Source of the DNA: Rhodoluna sp.
Lineage (GTDB): Bacteria > Actinomycetota > Actinomycetes > Actinomycetales > Microbacteriaceae
Direction: 5' to 3' (one strand)
Assembly (NCBI GenBank): GCA_049276775.1
Contig: JBASXC010000028.1
Length of the DNA: 64,000 nucleotides
Position 1 is the stretch's first letter. Every line of letters starts with the position of its first letter. The position numbers were made by a program, and so were the translations under genes. The notes under the pieces were generated by a model that worked only from the letters and a program-made list of their open reading frames with translations, made no database searches and was not told the origin of the DNA. Below are positions 32,452 to 41,773 of this stretch, in pieces.

Positions 32452-33438
32452 CTAGAGAACGCAGCCGAAGGCTTTTGCTCGACCGGTGCAGTCTTCCCCC
32501 ACAAGAAGTGCGCCCTGACTGGCCTGATCACCCTTGAGATACATCGCCCCAACCAATACCTCCAGGGTGTTGCTATCAACTGTCAGTTGCCCCGCCACCT
32601 CCTGCCAACTGGACTCCCCCAATAGGCGATATCTGAGCTGATAACTGACCCAGGCCTGGGCCTTGTACTTACCGGCTGCTTGAAAAGACCTATTGATGTC
32701 GGCTCCGACGCTTGTCGGCCCGTCACTAAAGGACCACCCGCTCTCAACAGGCAGGAAGTGAACCTGAGCTTGTTTACCCAAAATTTGAGATACCCCGTAG
32801 TGCGATGAGGGATTCGATGAGAAACTAACCAACTGCCCAATTCCTAAAACGTTCCCTGGAGCCATAGAGGCCTTCAGGGGGTTTGGGTAAAACTCAGCCT
32901 CGTCCCTCGAGGAGTAGGAATACCCCGGACTCTCAAAAGTGATTGTCTCGGTTATCGTCCGAGTTTCAAAACGCTCCTTTGGTTTTGAGGAAATTTTTAC
33001 GACGGGCTTTGGGGCTACCGAAACTTTGGCCGTAGGCGAACAAACTCCTACCACCCACCGTTCGGCCGCATCGGCTGACCGAGGCATGCTGGAAAGCTGG
33101 GCCGCGCTTGGGCAACTAACCGGCTTGATTTTGGGAGTGGGCTTGGCAACTGGCTTTGCGGCTACATTGCTGGTCTTTTTTGATGTCGACTTTTTCTTTT
33201 TTGCTACTTTTACAATCACCGTCTTGGTTGTCGTCTGAGTCCAAGAAGAGCCCGAGCTTCCGGTGCTTGATCCAACGCAGACAGTCACCGATCCAGAACC
33301 AAGGCTCGAACCGTGGGATAGCCCAGAACCCGAACCGCTAGCTGAACAAGCCATGGCGAGTTGAGCATCAAAGCCAACTATTGCTGTAGCAACTAAAACA
33401 CTGGCAAAACTAAGACTTGCAACTAGATTTTTTCTCAT
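32452..33438 (-). CDS. Secreted or lipid-anchored protein of unknown function (S/G-rich, then K/P-rich, then a ~170-aa C-terminal domain).
   Basis: Signal peptide MRKNLVASLSFASVLVATAIVGFDAQLAMA followed by Cys. The start was trimmed to ATG 33438, because the ORF-track start at 33525 would read through the tRNA terminator hairpin. Confidence 0.6.
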   Translation of the reverse strand: MRKNLVASLSFASVLVATAIVGFDAQLAMACSASGSGSGLSHGSSLGSGSVTVCVGSSTGSSGSSWTQTTTKTVIVKVAKKKKSTSKKTSNVAAKPVAKPTPKIKPVSCPSAAQLSSMPRSADAAERWVVGVCSPTAKVSVAPKPVVKISSKPKERFETRTITETITFESPGYSYSSRDEAEFYPNPLKASMAPGNVLGIGQLVSFSSNPSSHYGVSQILGKQAQVHFLPVESGWSFSDGPTSVGADINRSFQAAGKYKAQAWVSYQLRYRLLGESSWQEVAGQLTVDSNTLEVLVGAMYLKGDQASQGALLVGEDCTGRAKAFGCVL

Positions 33439-33490
33439 AAGAAAAAATGTAAGTTGCATGAGTATTTTTTTCAGAAGTTTTACACAAACG

Positions 33491-33520
33491 AAAAACCCCA
33501 TCCAGTGGATGGGGTTTTTA
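33491..33520 (-). terminator. Rho-independent terminator downstream of tRNA-fMet.
   Basis: AAAAACCCCATCC-AGTG-GATGGGGTTTTT, a GC stem flanked by A/T tracts (bidirectional shape), 7 nt after the tRNA CCA end. Confidence 0.7.
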
Positions 33521-33526
33521 CGCAAG

Positions 33527-33603
33527 TGGTTGCGGGGGCAGGATTTGAACCTACGACCTCCGGGTTATGAGCCCGGCGAGCTACCGAACTGCTCCACCCC
33601 GCG
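33527..33603 (-). tRNA. Initiator tRNA-Met (anticodon CAT), with CCA encoded.
   Basis: The reverse complement reads CGCGGGGTGGAGCAGTTCGGTAGCTCGCCGGGCTCATAACCCGGAGGTCGTAGGTTCAAATCCTGCCCCCGCAACCA. The C1:A72 mismatch and three G:C pairs closing the anticodon stem are initiator hallmarks. Confidence 0.92.
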
Positions 33604-33648
33604 GCGAATCTCTAATGTACCACTTTTCAACCTTGGGCCTGCAACTTC

Positions 33649-36528
33649 CTAACGGCTTGCATCAAGAGCGGCTTGGATTGCTCTTTCGAGCTTGCGTTCG
33701 GCTTGTCCAAACGCCGTCCAGTCACCTGCAGCCATCGCAGCTTCCTTTTCGCGAATTGCTTCGAGAGCCTGCTGAAGAGCCAACTGCAGGTTCACCGAAG
33801 GTGCGGCTGGCTCGCTCGGAACTGATGGGTCGGCGGGCTCTGCGTCTGGATCTGTTGGCGCTGGAGCAGGTGCGCCCTCTGAGGAACCAAACAGCTCGGT
33901 CAGAGCCTGATCGAGAGTGTCTTCGAACGCAATCTGGTCACCGAAGGCAACAAGAATCTTCTGTAGCAACGGGAAGCTGGTTTCACCGGTGGACTGGATG
34001 TAAACCGGCTGAACGTAAAGCAAACCGCCACCGACTGGAAGGGTAAGCAGGTTTCCGTTCAGAACTCGGGTTTCACCCTGCCTCAAGATATTCAAGAGGC
34101 TTGAAACTTGCGAATCGGCGTTGAAGTTGTTCTGCACCTGTCCAGGTCCTGGAACAATCGTGCTTCTTGGAAGGGTGAGCAGCGTTAGGCGTCCGTAATC
34201 TGGAGAGATTTCTCCGGCAACTTTTCCGGCATCGGCGTTCGCTACCAGGTATCCAGTTAGAACGTTTCTAGCCGACTCCCCGGTCGAGCGAGGAATAAAC
34301 GTTGAATAGATGGAGAAGTTTGGACTGTCAGTTCCAGGAACCTGCATTGTTAGGTAATACGGGGGCTGCAAAGTTCCGAGTCCTGCTCCGTTAACTGGAT
34401 CATTTGGTGTCATCCAAGCGTCCTGCTGAGAGTAAAAAGATCCTGCGTCTGTGACGTGGTAAGCACCCAGGAGCGCCCTTTGAATCTTGAATAGATCAGA
34501 TGGATATCTAACGTGTGCCATTAGATCTCCTGACATCTCAGACATGGGCAATACGGTGTCAGGGAAAACCTTCATCCAGGTTTTTAGAACTGGATCTTCA
34601 TCATCCCACTGGTAGAGAGTCACCTTGCCGTCGTACGCGTCAACGGTTGCCTTGACCGAGTTTCTGATGTAGTTGACGTTTCCTCGCAACAGGATGTTCG
34701 CGGATGTGCTGTCTGCAATCATCGGTGCAAGGCTCTCGGAGCGAGAGTACGGGTAGTTGTTCGAAGTTGTGTAGCCATCGACAATCCAAACAAGGCGGCC
34801 GTCAACAATTGCAGGGTAGACATCTGAATCCAGCTCTAGGTAAGGCGCTACAGCCGAGACCCGGTCTCTGGGGTTTCTGTCATAGAGAATCTGTGACTCG
34901 GAGTTGATTGCATCCGAGAGCAGAATCTGCTCGCTCTGAAACTTCAAGGCGTAGGCAAGCCTAGGAATGATTCCAGAAATCATTGGACCACCGCTACCCG
35001 AGAAGGTGTTATAGGTCTGGTTGTCTTCGCCCTCACCGGCTGGGAAGTCAAGCTCTAGTGGCGGAGCGCCCTCTGGTGCCCCAACGATTGAGTAGGGCGG
35101 AGAGTTCTCACCGAAATAAACTCGGGGCTCAAATTCACCAAGTTCTCCAATTGTTGGAATTCCAGACTGCATAAAGACCGGCTGTCCATCCACGGTTCTC
35201 TGGTTTCCAAAGGCAGCAACCACACCGTAGCCGTGGGTGTAAACAATTGTGTTGTTGTACCAGGACTGAGAGTCTCCAAGACCGCCCTGGTTTAGCTCAC
35301 GAACCGCAATCACAGTGTCCTGAACTACTCCATCGATCTCGTAGCGGTCAACATCCAAAAGGTTTGGGAAGTTGTAGTACTGACGGAACTGCTCGAGCTG
35401 CCTGAATGATGCACTCACCAGGGCCGGGTCAATAATTCGGATCGAGGCTGTGGTCTCGGCATCAGCGCGAAGCGCTCCAGGAGTCGCGTCTGTTCTGGCG
35501 TTGTAATCAACCTTTTCAACCACATCGATGCCGTAGGCATCGCGGGTTGCTTTGATGTTCAGATCAATAAATGGCGACTCAAGTGTTCTTTCGTTTGGCA
35601 CTACCTGGAAAGTCTGAACTGCCCAAGGGAATAATCCACCGAGGACGAGCGAGCTAACTACCATCAAACCGGTTGCCGTCACCGGTAGGCGCCACCTTCC
35701 AACAAAAGCTGCCAACAAAAACAGCAAAGCCACAACAACAGAAATCAGGGACAAAATCTGAAGTCCTGGAATGGTCGCGTTTACATCAGAGAAAGTGGCT
35801 CCGGTAAACAGGCCACTAGAGCTAGTGAGGGTTAGGTACTGATCCAACCAAAGCGATGCTCCCTGCGCCAGTAGGTACAAGAACGCCAAAACGCCGATCT
35901 GAACCCTTGCGGCTTTCGAAACAAAGGTTTCGCGGCCGTTGAACTTAATGCTGCCGTAAATTATGTGAACTGCTGCGGTCAGCAGTAGCCCAAGAAGTAG
36001 GGCTCCGGACAAAAAGCCCACTAGGCCAGTGTAAAAAGGTAGCTCGAAGAGGTAGAAAGAAATATCTAAACCAAATTGAGGGTCAGTTTGACCAAACGGG
36101 GTGCGGTTTATAAAGGTCTGAACGATTCCCCAAGACGGGGCAACTGCTAGCCCTGCCAAAACACCCAAAATAATTGGGACACCAATCATGACTACTTTTC
36201 TTAGCTGCTCAAGTAGTTGACGGTACTGCTCAAACGGCGAGCTCTCATCAGGGAATCTGATGTATACGGGTCTGAATCGATAGGCCAAACCAAGGCTCAG
36301 TCCTGTTATCAGGCCAAAGATAACCGCGGAAGCGAAGAAGAGCCCAATTTGAGACAGGATCTGGGTTGCCAAAACGCTCAAGTAGCCGAGCTGGTCAAAC
36401 CACATGACGTCGGTATACAAGTCCGCGAGGCTCAGCAAAATGGCTCCGATAACCACCAAGACAATCAAAGCGATTGTGGCTGGCGAGACCCTAGGTCTTC
36501 CAATTGGTGCGGCTGTTGCTTGAGTCAT
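33649..36528 (-). CDS. UPF0182 family large membrane protein.
   Basis: About 960 aa with multiple N-terminal TMs, the motif YTDVMWFDQLGY, and a large extracytoplasmic domain; conserved actinobacterial family. Confidence 0.8.
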   Translation of the reverse strand: MTQATAAPIGRPRVSPATIALIVLVVIGAILLSLADLYTDVMWFDQLGYLSVLATQILSQIGLFFASAVIFGLITGLSLGLAYRFRPVYIRFPDESSPFEQYRQLLEQLRKVVMIGVPIILGVLAGLAVAPSWGIVQTFINRTPFGQTDPQFGLDISFYLFELPFYTGLVGFLSGALLLGLLLTAAVHIIYGSIKFNGRETFVSKAARVQIGVLAFLYLLAQGASLWLDQYLTLTSSSGLFTGATFSDVNATIPGLQILSLISVVVALLFLLAAFVGRWRLPVTATGLMVVSSLVLGGLFPWAVQTFQVVPNERTLESPFIDLNIKATRDAYGIDVVEKVDYNARTDATPGALRADAETTASIRIIDPALVSASFRQLEQFRQYYNFPNLLDVDRYEIDGVVQDTVIAVRELNQGGLGDSQSWYNNTIVYTHGYGVVAAFGNQRTVDGQPVFMQSGIPTIGELGEFEPRVYFGENSPPYSIVGAPEGAPPLELDFPAGEGEDNQTYNTFSGSGGPMISGIIPRLAYALKFQSEQILLSDAINSESQILYDRNPRDRVSAVAPYLELDSDVYPAIVDGRLVWIVDGYTTSNNYPYSRSESLAPMIADSTSANILLRGNVNYIRNSVKATVDAYDGKVTLYQWDDEDPVLKTWMKVFPDTVLPMSEMSGDLMAHVRYPSDLFKIQRALLGAYHVTDAGSFYSQQDAWMTPNDPVNGAGLGTLQPPYYLTMQVPGTDSPNFSIYSTFIPRSTGESARNVLTGYLVANADAGKVAGEISPDYGRLTLLTLPRSTIVPGPGQVQNNFNADSQVSSLLNILRQGETRVLNGNLLTLPVGGGLLYVQPVYIQSTGETSFPLLQKILVAFGDQIAFEDTLDQALTELFGSSEGAPAPAPTDPDAEPADPSVPSEPAAPSVNLQLALQQALEAIREKEAAMAAGDWTAFGQAERKLERAIQAALDASR

Positions 36529-36542
36529 CGTTCTCCTGATTT

Positions 36543-37634
36543 CTAGTTGGTACAGCTAGGCAGGCTTGCCAAGTCTTGGTTCTTTGAAAGCTTTTCAAGG
36601 GCCGAAACGGCATCTCTCAGTTGTTCTATTTTAACCACCCTGAGCCCACTGGGTTCATTCCCAGCAATTTCACGGCAATTCCCAGCTGGAGCAAGAAAAA
36701 CTGTCGCTCCGGCAGCTTTCGCACCGTGCAGCTTCTGAACTACCCCGCCAATTGGGCCAACAATCCCCGATTGTTGAATAGTTCCGGTTCCGGCAATGTG
36801 CAAACCACCGGTTATTCCCTCCGGCGTTAAACGGTCAATTATTCCAAGTGCAAACATCATTCCGCCGGATGGTCCTCCAACATCGCCTAACTGAAGTTCG
36901 ATTTCGACCGGAAAATCGTATCTGTAACCAACCAAAATGCCGAGCCTGAAATTACCCTCAGCATCTTTTTTAGGTGTGATCTGTTGGGTCACTAGGGTCC
37001 CGGAGCGGTTCACAGTGACATCTACCGGGGAAATCTCATCCCATGCTCCTATTATTTCTCTCAGCTGTTCGCTGTTTAGAAGCCTTTCACCGTTCACTGA
37101 AATCACAAAGTCAGCCGCCACCAACTTGCCGCTCGATGCCGAGTTGGCGGTTACTTCGGAAATGTAGATTTCTCTGGGGGTTTCGTAGCCCAAAAACCCG
37201 AGCGCTGCGGCAATAGCATCCTGTTGTGAAACTTCCATCATCGCGCTGGACTCAGCCCGAACCTCTTCGCTGGTTCGATTCGGTGGGTATAGCGCCTCCA
37301 CCGGAACCACCTTCTGAGTTGAATCAATCCAGGCCAGCCCAATTTCAACCCAGTTCGGGGTCCGCTCGGGCCTTCCAACGATGCTCACGGTCAATACATC
37401 GAGTCTGCCCTCGGAGTCGTAGCTTGGTTCGTTGTTTATCTTGATAACCGGCTCACCGGAAATCTCACCCAAGACGTCAAAGGTTGGACCTGGCCGCTCG
37501 ATCAAATAAGGCGTCGGGAGAATCAAGAGGGTAGCAAATCCGGCGATAAATGTTAAGGCGGTGAAAAAACCCACACCCCGCTTTGCCCGCACCAGAGCGT
37601 TTGATTTGAACTGTCGCTTTTGGAAAAAAGTCAT
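36543..37634 (-). CDS. PDZ domain protein with a Lon-protease-like (S16) C-terminal domain (YlbL/SdrC-like).
   Basis: N-terminal TM, a central PDZ, the Ser context GPSGGMMFALGI, and the Lys context KLHGAKAAGATVFLAP. It is the conserved neighbour of UPF0182. Confidence 0.75.
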   Translation of the reverse strand: MTFFQKRQFKSNALVRAKRGVGFFTALTFIAGFATLLILPTPYLIERPGPTFDVLGEISGEPVIKINNEPSYDSEGRLDVLTVSIVGRPERTPNWVEIGLAWIDSTQKVVPVEALYPPNRTSEEVRAESSAMMEVSQQDAIAAALGFLGYETPREIYISEVTANSASSGKLVAADFVISVNGERLLNSEQLREIIGAWDEISPVDVTVNRSGTLVTQQITPKKDAEGNFRLGILVGYRYDFPVEIELQLGDVGGPSGGMMFALGIIDRLTPEGITGGLHIAGTGTIQQSGIVGPIGGVVQKLHGAKAAGATVFLAPAGNCREIAGNEPSGLRVVKIEQLRDAVSALEKLSKNQDLASLPSCTN

Positions 37635-37803
37635 TACCGCCCTGAGATGTTGTGTTGTTCTAAAGCCTAGGCGAGCCCCCTATTCTATTTGCCCGATTTA
37701 TGAACGCTCTCGGCGAACACCCAGCAAGCTGCTAGCTACTGACTCCCATATTTCCCAGTTCAACAAGTAGCCTTGAATCAGAGCGAATCAGGAGATAAAA
37801 GAA

Positions 37804-39096
37804 GTGGAAGAGCCAAGGCCAGAGGATTTCGAAGCACTCCTTCGCAGGTTCCTAGCTGGTGAAAGACTTGAGCCAGAGGAAATCGCCAAAGCGGCCGGCC
37901 TTCCAATTGATCCCCAGTCAATCCAAGACTTGCTTTCAAACCTCACAAGCGCAATTGTTCCGGGTGAGCAAGTCGATGGAGTGAATTGGCAACTTGTCGA
38001 GACTCAGGCAAGGCAAATAGCAAATCAAAGAAAAAAGCCAGTTCCCGAATCCGTCGGCCAAGCGATAACTAATGCGTCAGCCACCGGAAGATTGTGGCTC
38101 GACGAGGCAACCGAGATAGCGTCACTCTCATCTGAGCCGAAGCTTCTTTCAAGAGAGCTATGGATTACCGACTCTCTTGGCCTATTCAAGGACCTTGCAA
38201 CACCGGTGGCAAATCGGATGGCGGATGCCCTAACCGAAAACTTCCAAGAGAACCTACCCGAGGAGTTTTCTGGCTTCATTTCTCAAGCCAGCGGTCTTAT
38301 GAAATCAGCCGGGTCGGTTATGTTTGCGATGCAGTTGGGTCAGGCACTTGGAAAGCTCGCCGAAGAGGTACTGAGTGGAGGCGACATTGGGCTACCTATC
38401 TTCAAGGAACCAAGGGCTGCCTTTGTTGCGCAAAACCTCGCCCAGACAGTTGAAGAGCTTGACGAAGAATCAGACCAGATTTATTTTTACCTGGTGATTC
38501 GGGAGCTGGCTCATGCCAGGTTGTTCAAGCACAGCAAGTGGCTTCGGGAATACACCGTTAACTTGATCACCTCTTACGCAAAAGAAATAACGATAGACAA
38601 CTCACGAATGGTTGAAATGTCTGAAAACTTTGACCCGGCCGATATCGGAAATATCCAAAAAGCTCTAGAAACCGGAGCTCTCATTTCTCCAAGAACCCCT
38701 TCCCAGACCCAGGCGCTTGAAAGAATCGAGACTGTTTTGGCACTGATCGAAGGTTGGGTTGACTGCGTCACGCAGCGAGCCACAACTCGCCTACCCAGGG
38801 CTGCCGCGATTGCCGAAATTGTCCGAAGAAACCGCTCCGCGGGAGGACCTGCAGAAAAAACCTTTCTCACGCTGATTGGATTAGAGCTTAGACCAAGAAA
38901 ACTTCGCGAAGCGTCCGCGCTTTGGAATGCCATCACCGATGAGGTGGGAGCCAAAAAGCGAGACTCTATCTGGTCGCACCCGGATCTAATGCCAACCAAC
39001 GAAGACATCGAAAACCCAAAACCACTTATTCAAAAACTTAGAAGCCAGGGAACCGACGACGCAATGGACGCCGCCCTTCGGGACCTACTGAGCTGA
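37804..39096 (+). CDS. Zincin-like (DUF2342-type) putative metalloprotease homologue with a degenerate motif.
   Basis: Length, position next to the PDZ protein gene, and the segment FYLVIRELAHARLFKHSKWLREY, which aligns where the family carries HExxH. GTG start after AGGAGA. Confidence 0.6.
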   Translation: MEEPRPEDFEALLRRFLAGERLEPEEIAKAAGLPIDPQSIQDLLSNLTSAIVPGEQVDGVNWQLVETQARQIANQRKKPVPESVGQAITNASATGRLWLDEATEIASLSSEPKLLSRELWITDSLGLFKDLATPVANRMADALTENFQENLPEEFSGFISQASGLMKSAGSVMFAMQLGQALGKLAEEVLSGGDIGLPIFKEPRAAFVAQNLAQTVEELDEESDQIYFYLVIRELAHARLFKHSKWLREYTVNLITSYAKEITIDNSRMVEMSENFDPADIGNIQKALETGALISPRTPSQTQALERIETVLALIEGWVDCVTQRATTRLPRAAAIAEIVRRNRSAGGPAEKTFLTLIGLELRPRKLREASALWNAITDEVGAKKRDSIWSHPDLMPTNEDIENPKPLIQKLRSQGTDDAMDAALRDLLS

Positions 39097-40773
39097 GCCT
39101 GCCTGTAGCAAGGTAATAAACCTCGAGGGGGATCTTTCCCTGAGAGCATCGAAACTCGCGTAGGAAATCCTCAGCTCGCGCATGGCCCTTGTTATGCCGA
39201 CATAAAGAAGTCTTTTTTCTTCTTGAATTGCGCCGGGAGTCTTGGCATAGCTGATCGGCAGGTAGCCCTCGTTGACTCCAACGATAAACACCATCGGCCA
39301 CTCAAGCCCTTTGGCCGCGTGGATGGTTGAAAGGGTGACCGCCTCGGTGGTCGGTTCGTGCTGAGAGTGTGCCCGATCGGCAAGCTCTAGAGCGAAATCT
39401 TTAATCTCGGAACCCTCGGGAAGTTCATCTAACATCAATAGCAATGAATTCAGCGCTTCCCACTTACCCGCGACCACACCAACCTCGGTTGGTTTAGATG
39501 CTTGCCATCCCAAAGATCGAACTATATCGCTAACCGCCTGATGAAGAGGTTTGCCCGATGGGCTAAGTGCCTCAGCTCTAATAAGTTGCACCGCACTTTT
39601 AATTTCAGGCCTAGAGAAAAAACGCTCCCCACCGCGAAGCTGATAGCTAATACCCAGTGAATCAAGGGCACGCTCTAAAGCCTCGGACTGGTTATTTATC
39701 CGGTACAAAACCGCAATCTCACTTTTTGGAATTCCTGACGAGATAGCTTCCGAGATTACAGTTGCCACTGCCTTAGCTTCTACTTGGGCGGATTCATACT
39801 TTGTGATTTGCGGTGCCACACCAGGTGGGCCCGCGGCTTCCAGGGAACCCCCAAGTTGAACATCGCTAGTTAGGCGATTAGCGAAGGAAACTATCTGCCG
39901 AGTGGAGCGGTAGTTGGTAGTTAGATCAACAATGCTTGCCCCCGGAAAGCGGTCGGCAAAGCCTCGGAGAAATTCACTGCTTGCTCCGGTGAAAGAGTAA
40001 ATGGTCTGGTTCGGATCTCCCACCACACAAAGTTCAGCGTGCTCTCCGAGCCACTGATCCAAAAGTGCGTGCTGCAGCGGCGAGATATCCTGATACTCAT
40101 CAACCGTGAAAAATCGGTACTGGCTTTGGACATGGGCCAAAGCTCGCGGTTCGGCCCGAAGAAGTCCCAAGGTTAGTACCAGGACATCCTCCCAATCTAG
40201 TTTTTGGGCCCGGATTTTTTCCTGTTCGTAGATTTTTTGAATCTCAAGATTTTTTTGGAAACTTAGGCCCGCAACTTTAGGCCTGGAATCCGAAAGCTCG
40301 GCGTACTGCTCCATTGAAAGCATCGAATACTTTCTCCATTCAATTTCGCTTGCCATATCTCGAAGGGCTGCATTATCTAAGTTGATTGAGAGCGACTTGG
40401 CGGCTAGCCCAATCATCTTGGCCTTAGAATCTAAAATCGAAGGTGCCGGAACTCCAACATGCTGTGGCCAAAAGTACTCCAGCTGTGCCAATGCCGCGGC
40501 GTGAAAAGTCCTAACCGAGACCGCTCCGACTCCGAGTGCTCGAAGCCTTGACCTGAGCTCTCCGGCCGCGCGGTTTGTGTAAGTAAGTGCCAAAACTCGA
40601 TTTGCCGCAAAATGACCTGTCGCAATTCCATAAGCGATCCGGTGGGTCACGGTTCTGGTCTTTCCAGTTCCCGCTCCCGCCAAAATACAGGTTGGGCCAA
40701 CCAGAGCTTGCGCAGCAACTTGCTGCTTTGGATCAAGCCCCTCAAGAATCTCTGCGGCGCTACTAGTGACCAT
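39085..40773 (-). CDS. UvrD/Rep-family (SF1A) ATP-dependent DNA helicase, UvrD2-like core only.
   Basis: Motif I AGAGTGKT, FTVDEYQD, VGDPNQTIY, TTNYRS, TIHAAKGLEW, and LLYVGITRA. It is adjacent to nudC, as uvrD2 is in mycobacteria. Confidence 0.85.
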   Translation of the reverse strand: MVTSSAAEILEGLDPKQQVAAQALVGPTCILAGAGTGKTRTVTHRIAYGIATGHFAANRVLALTYTNRAAGELRSRLRALGVGAVSVRTFHAAALAQLEYFWPQHVGVPAPSILDSKAKMIGLAAKSLSINLDNAALRDMASEIEWRKYSMLSMEQYAELSDSRPKVAGLSFQKNLEIQKIYEQEKIRAQKLDWEDVLVLTLGLLRAEPRALAHVQSQYRFFTVDEYQDISPLQHALLDQWLGEHAELCVVGDPNQTIYSFTGASSEFLRGFADRFPGASIVDLTTNYRSTRQIVSFANRLTSDVQLGGSLEAAGPPGVAPQITKYESAQVEAKAVATVISEAISSGIPKSEIAVLYRINNQSEALERALDSLGISYQLRGGERFFSRPEIKSAVQLIRAEALSPSGKPLHQAVSDIVRSLGWQASKPTEVGVVAGKWEALNSLLLMLDELPEGSEIKDFALELADRAHSQHEPTTEAVTLSTIHAAKGLEWPMVFIVGVNEGYLPISYAKTPGAIQEEKRLLYVGITRAMRELRISYASFDALRERSPSRFITLLQAGSAQ

Positions 40774-41716
40774 TGCTCAAAGTTTCGCTAGCTGAAGAAA
40801 TTTCTTTGCCGAACCAAAGCTCAATCATGGCTCGAGAGATGGTTGCCTTACCCGGAAGTAAAAGCTCACTCGCTTCCGCCTGCAGCTCAGCTCTAGAAAA
40901 CCAGCGCAGTCGAACAATCTCTTCGCCGTCGGGTAGTAATTGCTGAGAGGATTTGGCCTTTGCGCTAAAGCCCAGCATTAGCGATAAAGGATATGGCCAG
41001 CCCTGAGAGAAGATGTACTCAGGTTCTGTGACGTCCAGACCACACTCTTCCTTCATCTCTCTCACTACAGCTGCTTCGAGCGATTCACCGGGTTCAACAA
41101 AACCAGCAAGAACTGACCAGCGATTTTCTTCCCAAACCCCCTGTGAGCCCAGCAAAAGACGATCACTTTCGTCAACTATTGAAACGATTATGGCCGGATC
41201 AGTTCTTGGAAATAACTCGAGGTTGTCTTTCTCACAGCGCCGGACCCAGCCAGCCTTTTCTATTTTGGTTTCGCTTCCGCAGTTCGGGCAGTGAGCATGG
41301 CTCTGGTGCCAGTTGCTTAGTGCAAGACCCTGAGTAAAGATACCGGCATCCAAATCCGACAGGGCCCCACCGGAGGCTCGAAGACTCACCCAGCGCTTTG
41401 GCTCTGGCTCTATTTGGTCAGCCTGCTGCTTTGAGATAACCGCTAGACAAATTGCACTGCCTTTGGACGCCGTTTTTTCTTCCCGATCAGCTTTTCCAAG
41501 ATAGATAAGTAGTGCACCATCCGGAGCACTAGCAAGGGGCCGAAGATCAAGGGCTACCCCCGCCTCGGGGCCAAGTAACACCTTGCCTTCACACATCAGC
41601 AGGGCAAGCGAATTGGGGGTTTTTCTAAGCTCAGTAAACAGGTCTGGGATGTCGCGGGATAAGTAGTCACGATCTAGTGCCTGGCGAGCTAGAGGTGGTA
41701 GCTGATTCCGGGTCAC
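40763..41716 (-). CDS. nudC: NAD(+) diphosphatase (NADH pyrophosphatase).
   Basis: Zinc ribbon CPNCGSETKIEKAGWVRRC and Nudix box GFVEPGESLEAAVVREMKEECGL. There is an 11-nt overlap with the uvrD-like start. Confidence 0.88.
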   Translation of the reverse strand: MTRNQLPPLARQALDRDYLSRDIPDLFTELRKTPNSLALLMCEGKVLLGPEAGVALDLRPLASAPDGALLIYLGKADREEKTASKGSAICLAVISKQQADQIEPEPKRWVSLRASGGALSDLDAGIFTQGLALSNWHQSHAHCPNCGSETKIEKAGWVRRCEKDNLELFPRTDPAIIVSIVDESDRLLLGSQGVWEENRWSVLAGFVEPGESLEAAVVREMKEECGLDVTEPEYIFSQGWPYPLSLMLGFSAKAKSSQQLLPDGEEIVRLRWFSRAELQAEASELLLPGKATISRAMIELWFGKEISSASETLSNGH

Positions 41717-41773
41717 TTTATCCCTCGCGTGGCGATACTGAATAGATTGGGCAATGTTGTCTAACCTAAATCC

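Noticed and set aside
32353-33526. A possible integration remnant next to tRNA-fMet: an AT-rich flank and an orphan hypothetical gene.
   Set aside because: I saw no integrase or recombinase, and no direct repeat of the tRNA 3' end. The segment is only ~1.1 kb with a single intact ORF. It is reported instead as an unknown secreted protein.
33458-34046. Plus-strand ORFs (33458..33652, 33567..34046) spanning the tRNA-fMet locus.
   Set aside because: They run antisense through a tRNA gene and the UPF0182 3' end, so they are artefacts of the open frame.
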